Origin: Saccostrea cucullata
Lineage: Eukaryota
NCBI RefSeq assembly: GCF_032062105.1
Contig: NW_026929714.1
Location: forward strand, 310,001-374,000
Direction of reading: 5' to 3'
Length of the DNA: 64,000 bases
Below the pieces are notes generated by a model. That model was not told where the DNA came from. It saw nothing but the letters and a program-made list of their open reading frames with translations, and searched no databases. This document shows positions 51,845-64,000 of the stretch, in pieces. The first letter of the stretch is position 1; every line of letters starts with the position of its first letter. Made by a program: the position numbers and the translations under genes.

Positions 51845-54800
51845 TCAGGTACATTTGTATGTTATTGCAATTCCAACTTCCGGGTTCATTACATAATTGC
51901 TTTCCAGTGCATTCTTCCCTGTGTAGCAACTGTACTGAGCATTCATTTTCTTATCCCGATACACTCCGACATTTGGTCCATAATTACTGTCAGGGATAAA
52001 AGTTCCATTGAATGAAGAGTCTGTGGCATTTATGTTAGATTTTGTCTTTAATTCACCTGAAAGCGATCTAGAAAAAAACCCACACATTGTCTATCTCAAA
52101 CACACTGAATAACATAAAAAAGTAAGGTACATGTATATGACATAGAAAATTGGAAGGTATTGTCATAATAAAATACTTGCATTAAGCTGCATGTTGAACC
52201 TGGCACTTTAGATATATCTGCAGTTAAAATGGTGGATATTTTATTGTTAGATGAGTCATACACGGGACATCTAAACTCAACGCAAGCTGCTCGTCTGCCT
52301 TGCCTGTTTCCTTTTAGTGGTGCGATGAATGTTCCAAACCAAAAACCCGTTTCCTCGCTATAACTTTTACCGATAATTCCCGTGGACACAAGATTTGTCT
52401 AAAACAAAGATAAATGTTTTCAGTAAACAACTTTGATTGAAAACACAAAACATTAATAATTTCCCGTTTTGCTAGATTTATTAGAAGAATTAAAGAAAAA
52501 CATCTTCATATCAATAACTGGTATATAATTAGTATTTTTGTCCATAAAAAGTATACGAGGGGTGATCAAAAAGTTTGCGAACAAACTGATTTACTTCAAT
52601 AAAACAAGTAAAAATCAGGTTTCAGTGTTCATAATTTTTTAAAGTAGCCCTCTTCGACTTTAATGCATATGTGCCGCCGTTCTGCCCATGCGAATCACGT
52701 GGTCAAGGCAGTCACATGACGTGCTCTGAAGCACTCTGTCCATAGACGCTGAAATATTTTCCCTAGTCTTATATTTCTTACCATGGAAGTATTTCTTTTT
52801 TACAACAAGAACAGTCCATTTGTCAGAAGTGACCAAATCTTTGAAATAGGATGGTTGGATAAGAATATTATTTCCCAAAGAGATTCGAGTATAATGACAA
52901 TCACAACCTGATTCCTCTGTCTTAGGAACGCCGTTTATCCGATATGGATAATATTTTGTAGTATAAAGGCCTTCTTTTCATCATATTTAATGTTTCAAGT
53001 CTAAAATAAACGATGTTTATGGATTTAAAATTAATGTCATTATAAAGGTATTCAACTATTTTTCTAGCTGTAACGGTGCAATCTTTCATTGTCCAATTGT
53101 CCAACAAAGGTTACATTTCTTCTCCAGCTTGCCTTCTCTGGCTTCAAAACAAACGTCATTTTTATCCATCTCCCTCCCTTCACTTTAACAGTAAATCCAA
53201 GTTATAATTAAACGTGTGGAAAGTCTATTGTCTTCATAAACACTGTACAAATTATTACAAGATACTTCAAAGGAATTCCCAAGTTATATTTTAAACTTTA
53301 GAGTCGTATGTTGTTCGAGTAAGACTGTGACAACCATTTTTCGTCACGAGTCTCCTACATATTGACGTCATTTTCACACTGTGACGTCACATTGATGGAG
53401 AAAATCATTACTTTCATATGCTATATATAGAACGTGCATGTGTATAGGTGTTCCAAACTTCATTCCGATCTGAATTATAATTTTGTAAATATAGAGATAG
53501 TTGACGAACTTTTTTATTACCCATCGTACCCTTGTGAATCGGAATAAGAGGTACTGTGAGCAATGATACATTCTTCAATATGGTTACAGTGGCAAAGTCT
53601 TTGTTTTGCTCTGGAAGACCCGAAATCAGTGTATAATCAAAAAGTAAAATTGGAGGTACACGTACCCTTTAAGTATATTGAAAGAATGGCAGTGTCCATG
53701 TTTCTTTTGGAAACTCAAACATATTTGTCCGATCAAAAAGTAAAATAGAGGTGTGCAATGTCACTTTGTGAAGAAAAGGTCTCATAAGGTCTCATAAAAT
53801 TTCATTCAGTGGTATACGATTTACGGATAAAAGATTGGTACCCCAAAGCGAAACAATCGGGTGTATGGACATACAGATAAACGGATGGACGCACGTACAG
53901 AGGGACGGACATCCCGATTTCTATACCCCCTCTTGCTTTTCAATCGGGGGGAGGGGACAAAAAGAAGCTAGACCCCACTCTTAGAGCAAACCTTTAGTAA
54001 AGCTTTGCTAAGACTCCCCAAACCGTTAAAAGATTTTAAAATATAATGATTTAATATGTACGTAATTTATCTAAATCATATACAGGGGCGTCCAGACTAA
54101 ATATATGAAACATTTTTTGTGATATAACATTATTTCGTTAATAACATGTCGGCCAATCATATTTTTAGATGTTGCACATAACACTTTTTGTACATTAAAT
54201 GAAGAATATATACAATCATGGAATTTGTGTATATTTCAATTTGTGTTTATAAGGACCAGTGACAAGTGATACTGGTCAAAGTCGTTATCATTGCTCTCAT
54301 GATTTGGCCAATATCACCTGACACTAATTCTTTTAAAAAACTATAAATAAATGTCTTAAACGTTCATAGAAGTCCGTAGTAGTATTTTACGTATATAACA
54401 ATTACATTGAATACTCAGACACATGCAATCCTAAATGAACTCGACTGTCATTACATAACAATTGTAAAACATGGGTATGATATATACTAAATCTAGTACA
54501 GCCTAACGGTGATTCGTGAAACATCATTTGGCGATTCTTTCGCGTCAATATCACAAAAGGATGAATATATCGTGACTTGCTTTCAACTTATGATAACTAG
54601 GTAAACAATCTTTTTATATGATTTATAAAGTCATTGTTTCCTTTTTTATGCATGCCAACTGATCGTCAAGTTGTGAACACAAATGTTCTATGAAAAAATC
54701 AAAGCATTACGTGTATTTGAAACATTTTATTTAAAATCTTCATTTACTGTTATAACTCTATTCAGTATCGTAATCTAAACAAGTCTATAATACATTTAAA

Positions 54801-56127
54801 TGTTTTGGATTTTTACGATTAATTTGAAGCAACGTAATAAATCAAGTGGTTTACACACCTATAATCTAGCACTAATTAATCCCAAGACATTTAACAAAAT
54901 ACATTTATATATATTTCTCGTAAACACTGTAATTACGTTATTATTTCAATCGAAAATAATTAAGAGAATAATTTAAGCTCAGCTGAACAGAAGGTTCTTC
55001 AGGACTTGGGGAAGGATAAAACCACTTATATTTTTTTATTTATTTATTTATTGGTTTCTCGGTTTCTCTGACGAAAGTGCTCAGATGCTTGATCTGGCCA
55101 ATGGACCTCTTGCAATTATAAATTCGGACTCGTTACAGCACTCAAATAAGAAGAAAACAATTATGAAATAATGAATTTCGAAATATTTAACAATGTGTAA
55201 ATTATAGGACACTCCCCTTCAGGACAGGTCGTTTGCATTAACTCGGCGTCTTATTCCAAATGACGTCATGAATTGCTACTTGTTGTTCCGAGAAGAGGAA
55301 GCACAAAGTCATTCTTAACTAACCTACGAAGGATTTAATACATAAACCGTTCGCAAATCACATATTCGCGTTGTGAAAATAAAAAAAAACCAAATTGTGA
55401 CAATTATCTGAATTAAAAGAATATCTGTTTCAATCTTAAGTTTTACCTGTATTTGAATTTTCACAAAGCAAGCTTCTTGAATGAACGTTGGATACCAAGA
55501 AGTAAGAAAATCGTATTCTTCTGCACTAGGATTTGTTGTTAGTTTTCCCGAAAGTCCTTGAAAATTAAAAGAAAAATATTGTCGTTTTACATTCTGTTCG
55601 TCACAATTTTCATCATTTCTAAACATTGGACCATTTGTGTTGAGGAGTGCGATTTTAATTTGTTCAGAATCTAGGATGATTTCCTCTCGGTATTCTGTTA
55701 CAGTATATATAAATTGTGGTGAAATATTCTGTTTTTCTTTTGGGGCAGCAAGTGCTTTTTCATCTTCAGTTTCTGCTATGATCTTTATTTTTCCATCACA
55801 TGGAGCTCGGATGCAAACACTGCCTTTTTCGTCGGATTTATACATACTGTATACCACGTTTTCCCCATTTTCCGACGAAATTATGTAGACAGGTACAGAA
55901 GGAGTTGTTGCTGTAAAATGGGGATCGTTGTATACCTTGACTCCAGCAAAGCAAGGTGCTGAAGTATTGGAAAAATATTTTATAAGGAAATAAAATCATA
56001 AGATATAGATATAATCAAATCGTTAATGTGCATTCAAAGGAATAAAACAATCAAACCTTAAATTAAATGTACCTTGTAATCCAAAATCACAACTGAAAAT
56101 AATTGTTATTATAAAAAGCATCAGCAT
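51845..56127 (-). CDS. Secreted stand-alone CILP C-terminal-region protein, about 335 aa; exons 56127-56073, 55958-55447, 52398-52181, 52067-51845
   Basis: Exon 1 encodes a signal-peptide-like MLMLFIITIIFSCDFGLQ. The rest (APCFAGVKVY...GSVCIRAPC...NGPMF...SWYP...ACFVKIQIQ / FGTFIAP...AACVEFRCP / NYGPNVGVY...SCYTG...YKCT*) aligns colinearly with the post-RKRR part of the long genes. Its two 3' intron positions and phases match the long genes. The intron 3 donor is GC in this model. Confidence 0.8.
52556..53526 (-). mobile_element. Degenerate mariner-like element in intron 2 of the stand-alone gene
   Basis: TA-flanked imperfect TIRs (CGAGGGGTGATCAAAAAGTT). ILIQPSYFKDLVTSDKW resembles the mariner HPPYSPDLAPSD motif. 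Empty site in unit 1 near 11513. Confidence 0.75.
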
Positions 56128-57226
56128 TTTTAATATCTCTGTAGGTTTCCGGCACATCAAATATATGTGCAAAGCATACTAGTAATCTATTATAAATGTA
56201 CAAAAATACTTTATTCAAGCTGTTGAATAAAAGGTAAACAGAAAACCCAACTCTCAAATCAGAAAAATCTAATATACGATGGAAACAATGTATTTGTACA
56301 ACAAACTGATCATTCTCTAAATTTATTTTAGAGATAAGATTTAAACCGGTTTAATTTGAAAATAAGATGAAAAAGTTTGTACAAGTGTATTCATATGTTT
56401 GTCCAAAACTGTCATACAATTCGCTCTTAATAGCGAATGCTTATGTCTAGTGTCCGCCCAGGCCTTGGTGTCGACCCCAAGCAGAAGAATGCAGTCACAA
56501 AATATAAAAAAAATACCATCGCAGTAAAATTTTCCTATTTTTAAGTTAAAAAAATTCAATAATTTTTAGCATTTTTTTTTACATATGTTCAAGTATGTTT
56601 AAGTTAAGATCTTTGTAAAAGAGAAATAGAATAATGCAGTAACCATCCATTGATTGTCGCTTTTTCATGCACTAACATTATAGTCTATGTTTTTTCTTCA
56701 TTTTTGCCTTGTGCTTTTCATGGAATAAGAGGGTAGATTTTTTTAATAAAATGTGAACACTAAACAGCCGTGGAAAAAATTGACCGAAATTACCAGGGGT
56801 AGTATAAAATACATCCAAATATTATAAAAATTCATGAAGCTTTAAAAACTATCAAAATAGTAAAATTGTTAAAAGTTGGGTTAGGTGCCAAAAATAAGCC
56901 TTCAACTTTAACCGATTACAAACTACATATAAATATATTTTGTGCGAAGCAACGCCATGACTGAATAGGCAAGGAAAATATATCAAAAATATAGCAAATG
57001 TATTTTTGAAAAAATAGATAAAGGACCCCATTTACAAAAGATAAATGAACCAATTTACAATAGTATTAAATTTGATTATAATTATTCAAACTTAAAGTAA
57101 GTAAAGCCCTTTGACAAACTGTCACAGACGCAACATTTGAATGAAATTAAGTTTTACATAATAAACATTCTTTTAATGTATTATTAAAATATCTATCATG
57201 TTATTTTATTCATTTTTGTAGATATA

Positions 57227-58301
57227 CGAGGGTTATCCCAAAAAGTCGTAGACAGGTAAAACATTTTTGTTTCCCTTTGCTTTATTAAATTTCTTTCCTT
57301 GTCATAGCAAAGAGTAACATTTTATGATCATGCACGTCAAGTTTCATGATGATATCACTTCTTATCAGAAAATTATGAAAAAGTAAATAAAGAATGTAAG
57401 TGTACACCGGCGCACGAAAGCAAGCGTAAATCACGTCTCATATAACGTCATGATCTCTTTGTCAGCTTCACTCGCGTCTATTAACATTCAATATTTTTTT
57501 AAAGTGATAGACTCCTCTTGACTAAGGGACTTATTTAAATTCACTACTGTCCGTTTGTTTTTTACTAGTTTTTTTTTTAAAGCAGATTCAAATTTAAGTC
57601 GAAATTTAGTCGAAAGACCGCCTTACAATTTAGGCAGCAGAGAATACAAATTGTTAGACGTCGTTCGCGGTCCAGATTTTTCCAATTTGTCTGTGTTTAT
57701 CAAACAGTACTCTACTTCTTACATGCCGTAATAAACTATTTTCGGTACAGAAGAAAAGCTCTCATTGAATATCGTGCAATTTAAAAATAACTTCTTTATT
57801 ATAATCTGGTGTGTCATGTCATTTCTGTACTCTTTTTCCCGTCTCCGATGTATATTAACCATATCCAACACAATTTATTCTATCTCCGTGTGCCGACTAC
57901 GCGTTTGACGACGTCATTTTCATCAAACTCAGTTTCAGCGATACTATGAAAATCATCATTCCAATCGTCTGTGTCTAGTGATATTTATATGAAATTTTGA
58001 TTTAATATTAAGATTTGTATTCTGGTTTCAGTGATTTAAATTTGAATTTAATGCACTAAAGAAATAAAAGCAAATGTAATGATTATATGCGTTAATTATT
58101 CTGAATTTTGTCCGTGCGCCGATAGGCCTTATCGGCCTTCATATAAATCGTCCTAATATTATTAACATGAAAGCTATATATTTAAAAATTCCCAATTTTA
58201 AAGCACATTGACTACATTTTGTCTTTGCAAAATTTGGTAAGTATTGGTTGCATGTTTAAAAAATTATAAACATTGTCTATGACTTTTTGGGACAACCCTC
58301 G
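57227..58301. mobile_element. Non-autonomous Tc1/mariner-type element
   Basis: TA|CGAGGGTTATCCCAAAAAGTCGTAGACA...TGTCTATGACTTTTTGGGACAACCCTCG|TA. Empty site in unit 1 near 14331. Confidence 0.85.
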
Positions 58302-61300
58302 TACATGACTTTTATTGTTCTATTTGTTACTTTCTTCAGATGATATATCCCTTTTTATGAGAGATAACGTTCCAAAAAAATCTATCCAAGGAATCCAATG
58401 ACTTATCTATCAAAGTATATTGATGATACGAAAAAAATTATTCAACTTATTCAAATCTGAACTTACATATATTGATGTCTATTTTCTGCATTTTCTATTG
58501 CCAATCGTTTTGTTACTTAGAAAGAATTAATTGAAAATTATTTCCCCTTTTGTGAAATGTTTCTATTTCTTAACGTATTTTTTTTTTAAATGTATGATGC
58601 AAAAGTTTCAGATAAAAAAAAATCACAATCCTTTGATTGACAAATATTTTCTTTAAAATAATTTGAAGAGCTTTAACTTCTGTAGATGGACACATATGTA
58701 TATAACGAGCACAAAAAGTGTCAAGTCTTATATCTTTTTAATGTTGATTAGATATGTATGATAAAAAGTACTATTTTCATATATACCTCATATTTAAAAT
58801 GTTTTGTTGAGATTCATGTAGCCAAGTATGAAACATTTTTCTATCCAACATAATAATTTTCTTTTTCAATTCCTTATAAGACATACATTCATTTCTGACA
58901 AAGTACACTACGCTTTATATCTAATATTATGAAGCGTAATTTAATGATATTGTTGTTAATAAACCAAAGTTGGGAATTTAAAGAAAATAATACTTAATTT
59001 TGAGCAGATATATATTTTTCCTTAAAATTTTGTTACATAATATTAATCTCTAAAATAAATAGATTTTATTTCTGTATACCTTGCATATTATTTTATAATT
59101 CTTAATCCCGTTTCAAATTAAGTCATGTGACGAAAATAGTAAGATAATCACATTTTTAATCTTTTTTGTACATTGGTTAGCCCTGCTTTTCAGCGGCCAA
59201 ATCGACTAGCGTTTTCCTAGAAAAATTTCTATCATTTTAACAATCGATATAAAATAAACATATGGATATTAAAAAGGTTGGTGTTTTGAAATAAGCTGAG
59301 AATTACACAGAAATTCATTTTATGACTTAAAGACCTTCGATCGTGTTCTTTTGAGACAGTCAATTTTGTTCTGGACCTTTATTTCTAAATTTCAGCATCA
59401 TTTTTAAGTTTTACAATTCAAATTAAATATATCCATTGCAAAAAGAGCAATTTAATTCCATTCAAGTATAATTAAGCCTGGAAATTTTATTTGTGGCGGA
59501 AGGTTTTTTAAAAGAAAATTATCAATTTTTTCCCTTTTTAACTATATACAGTACTGTTAAATTTAGATTCCTATTTTTCAATGCTGCTTGCAAACAAAGC
59601 TGTTATAAAAGTATAATATGTTATGCTTGTTCTGAAATATCTAATCAATCATTTCCCATGAATTCTTTCGACGAATTATGACAAATATAGTTAATTTTTC
59701 TGAAAGGCCAAGAAAAAATTGAGCAAATTTAACAATAAATTGACACATTCTTACAAATATCTTCAAATGTACAGTATATACCCCCACTTTTGATGTTCCT
59801 TTCTAAATAATTAAGATTACTTTAACCTATCCGCTTTATATCTGCAAAAAAATTTGGATTATAAAATAAATTTCTTGTTCATGAAATTTTCAATGCCAGA
59901 AAAATCACATTTTGTAAGTGCAGTGAAATAATTCATAATGTGAAGCAATTTGAAACTCTTTGTAATTCAAAATGTTAAGGACCCTTTTTGAAATAGACTT
60001 ATAGTTTATTTTGTTTCATAATTTATTTAAATAAAAATATTGGAGGGAAAACGTTGTAATTCCTTTTTTTATTGAGACACAGATTTCAATGCAAAACGGT
60101 CATATTTGAGTTAATGTAGCGCCAAAAGAAGCATATCGACCTTCATATATTAATTTGATTTTTAATTAAGCTAAGTTTGTCGGAAGTAAAAAAAAATATA
60201 CATGACACAAAATACCATAAATATCAGGAGATAATCTTTGTAATAACATAAAGTAACCCAGACATTTCCATCATAAGTTTATACACTGTTATCATAATTT
60301 AATCCTCAAAACATCAGAACAAGGAGTGATAGTTTAAAGAATAGAACGAAATGGTCTCGATATTCCTTTATTTTACTTGTTTTTTCTTTCAACACATGTA
60401 TTCAGATAAAATTTAATTTACAACCTAGTACCAGGAAGTTCAACAGTTTCTGGTATCTGGCGTTCTTTCAAAATATTCATTATTTACAGCTTTTAATTTA
60501 CAATCACTTAACAGGCACTTAAACATTTACAAGCACTTAACAAACACGAAATCTAAATAATCATTTGACGTGCAATGTAGGAACATCTTAAATAGTGAGC
60601 AGTCGCTGTTGATATTTAAACTTCCTTTTTCTAATCAATAGAAATAAATAGAAAATGTATGGTACTTTCACATTGTAACATTTTATAAAGAAAAGGGTTT
60701 TATTCTAGGTCTGAAAATCCCACATATAATCACCATTAACTTTCCAAGGAAGATATTCTTCTTTACTTTTTATACTCAGTCGATCTTTCCTACCCTTCCT
60801 GACTCTTAAACAACAAAGCTGGATCCTGGAAATGCTCTACTAATTCCTTAAATTTATTTATTAGGAAAAAAACTTACTACTGGAAAGGAAATATTTCCGA
60901 AGTTCTTTAAATTTACTACTGTTCATTCTGGAAAGCACTTTTTTAAAAACATAAAATTTATATTTTTTTTCCAAAGTCTATTATGCTAAAACTTATGACT
61001 TTTGTACTCTTTATACGACAATTTCTGAAGGTAAAGTATATACTTTTGAGATGGTGTATCATAGAAAACTGCCGAATTAGAATTTTTTTACATCTTGTAA
61101 TTGGCCACTGAAAATAAAGGAAGGCTGCAGTTACTTTCATACAACATTATTATCTTTGGATTTATAGTTGTTATATAAAGACATAGTTTACTAGTATAAC
61201 CTATTCGAAGTTCATATTTTGGCTGACTATTCTACCAATTGTTAGACCTTTCTTTATACTGAAATGATCATGGATAGGCTCGTCAATAAAGATCGAAAGA

Positions 61301-63633
61301 GCTCACGATGCGCGTGACTTGTCAACTGAGGTTGCTAGCACCTACTACTACTACTATAGGGACATGACTAAAATATGCAAATTATGATTGAAAACTCTAG
61401 TAGACAATTTGATTTTGTAAGATGGATTATTAATTAAATTTGGGACATAAAACAATAATTTCGGAAAGACTAGATGTGGGATTAACCACCTTGATCATGT
61501 TTTAAAGGAATAAGCATCCCATGTCAGCAGTTAACATCTGCCCATAGCCCTACGTGTACCGATTGTTAAGCATAATAAAAAAGGAAATGACTGGTGTATT
61601 AACCATTGACTGTTCTTGTAGTATTATTTACTTTTATAGTTCGGAAATCCAACTGTTCGATTTAAAACTATACTTATTATAAATTTATTGATTTTTAACT
61701 ATTTGTAGTAACGTTTAAAGTGGAAGCCAGAAGTGGCAGCTTTACTGCAGAGAAGAGTCACTTGAAAAAACTTTAAGTGGATATCAACAACATGAAAAAC
61801 AGCTTTTTGCGACATGAAATTGGACAATATTTATTACAGTTGCAAGTGTTGTATTTAACTTCACATTCGCATGTAAACAGTAAAAGATGTTTCAATAACT
61901 CTGTGGTGTACCAAAACCCATATTCAGATCACATCGGATGAAATTATTGGGCTTATAATCTCTACAAAGTGCATTGTATTTATCACAAAATATGTCTATC
62001 TGCATAGTATGAGTAAGTTGTATGCAGTATAGCAAGCATGCAGTAAGAAAAATGATGAATCTGCTCTGTGCGTTTTTTATTTATTGCAAAAATGCTGTTA
62101 AACCTTTGAAAAAAATTAATGAAATTGTGATGTCAAACAGTAGTTGTTGATTATATTATAATTACAATGACCAAAATCTACTTTTATTCGTGTTTGATAT
62201 TATACAATTATTGCAGTTTTCGAGTTGAAAACGATGATATTTTAGCATTTGTTAAAGTCCACACTAACTGTAAAGCGTCGCAAAACGTCGGCGCAAGGGC
62301 ATATCATATCTAATTTAAAATAAACAATGTATAATATTTAGGAAAATAGTCCTAAAAATATCAAAATTGCTGCGCAAATTCTATGTACTTGCTCAATCGA
62401 TAAAATTTTTGAAAAACCTACACTGGACTGTGATATTTTTACCCTGTTAAAACTTAAAACTGCACGAACAGTAACTAAGCAATTGCATTGCCGACATTTG
62501 TGCAGCAATATCTTAAATCCTTGGAATATCCTGCGTCTTTTTATACCTTCTTTCTGCAAAACAAAATAAGGTATGCTCTTGCGCCGAAGCGATTTGATTG
62601 ATGTTTATTATAAACTTGTGTAGTAGAGGTCGATGACGTCATAATTTGACGTCATAATCTGTACTGGCTATTGCATGTCGTGGGTACCAAGAATGTATTA
62701 GAAAACAAGTCTTAACCTTTTTCTGTGTGGTAGGTAGATCAATTATGGAAATTAATTAATATTTTGCATAGAAACCTCCATATGTAGCCTTAACCCACTT
62801 GCGAATTAGATAATTTAATACAAGAGAAAAAAAATCCTTAAATGCAACAAAGGTACTACAAATCAACACAAGTGTCAGTTTATATAGTGAAAACATTCTG
62901 CCATGAAACAGGACGGGGTATTTTGGAATTATACTCAACATACATGTGTACATATTGTTCAGTAAATATGTTCAATGATTGATTAGGGTTCAATGATTAA
63001 AAATATTACACACCATATATAACTTGGCCTAACTCTCGGGCAGCAATACCAAAATATTTATCCCTTGGTGACAGGAAAGCCATGGAGTGTTATGTCACCT
63101 TGTCATTTACACACAGAATTGTGGCCGGTCGGCAGGGATACTCACCCTTCTATGGCACCTGATCCCAACTTTGATATTATATTTTCATTTCATGCGGAAA
63201 CAATTCTTATCTATATGAAAAATATACTTGAAGGAATAAAAAATATATCTAAATATCTAAATATATCTAAAATTCATAAACAAATACTTTGATTACTAAA
63301 GTGAAAACTAAACGTAAGATTTTGTGTACATTCTTCTTCATATGAATGTAAAAGATTTTGTACAGATGCTGATCTATTCAAAGAGTACTTACTGTCTTTA
63401 TTACTTATTTAGTTCGAAGTACTTAAAAAGTTTGAATATTTGTATCATCACCAATAATAAGTGCTCTAAAAACTACCCCATCTTTCTTCTGGTGACCGAA
63501 CCTATCATAATTTCCCATGTGTTCAACTAAAATTATCCGCATGCTTTTTTCTAAACAACATTCTGATGACTATTAAATCAACGCAAATGAAAGCATCCAA
63601 TTCATATTTATTGTAAAAACATGCTTCACTTAA

Positions 63634-63865
63634 TTATTGACAGGTAAAACCCAAAGCTACTCCAACTTCTGGCTCCATTTCATACACGCTTTCAAAGGCG
63701 TTTCGTCCGGTATAACAACTGAAACGCGCAATATCTTGAGGCTCTTTGACGTTTTTATATATTCCAACATTGGGACCATAGTTGCTGTTGGACGTCAGAT
63801 TTCCCCAAAAGGAAGTGCCCGTCGTATCCAAGATCCCTTTCTGAGCAAGATCGTTTGATGTGAAT
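63634..63865 (-). CDS. Last exon of a third CILP C-terminal-type paralog (gene continues beyond the window)
   Basis: AG acceptor, phase-2 start, 232 nt. Encodes FTSNDLAQKGILDTTGTSFWGNLTSNSNYGPNVGIYK...FSCYTGRNAFESVYEMEPEVGVALGFTCQ*, homologous to the last exon at 51845-52067. Confidence 0.8.
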
Positions 63866-64000
63866 CTTTAACCAAAATAATTATAATAATTGGTTAATTA
63901 ATATATAGAATAAAACAATAAAAGGAAACAAGTGTGGAAATTAAGTCTTGTTTCATTGACAGTTTGTCATTTTTTTTCATTAAATACAAAAAGATGTTTC

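Larger units (their letters stand above)
33980..62060 (+). repeat. Segmental duplication unit 2
   Basis: See unit 1. Longer because of unit-specific transposon insertions. Confidence 0.85.

Overview
AT-rich, intron-containing animal genomic DNA. The repeat families (tRNA-derived SINEs, Helentron-type elements, Penelope-like RT) look like those of a bivalve, probably an oyster; this is inference. Most short ORFs in the supplied track are spurious or are pieces of spliced exons. The window holds a tandem segmental duplication (about 100-20470 and about 33980-62060). Each unit carries a 9-exon, 1064-aa CILP-like gene on the + strand (N-terminal transmembrane anchor, TSP1, Cys-rich and carboxypeptidase-regulatory-like region, Ig, CILP core, RKRR furin site, CILP C-terminal region). 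Each also carries a convergent - strand gene encoding only a signal peptide plus the post-furin C-terminal CILP region; this is apparently intact in unit 2 (about 335 aa) and a pseudogene in unit 1. A last exon of a third, more divergent paralog lies at the window end. Decayed 5' exons of a furin/kexin-type proprotein convertase sit between the two units. The rest is dense, often nested, mostly non-autonomous DNA transposons, palindromes, SINEs, a Penelope-like RT fragment and two N gaps. All coordinates and family assignments were made by eye, with no database search.
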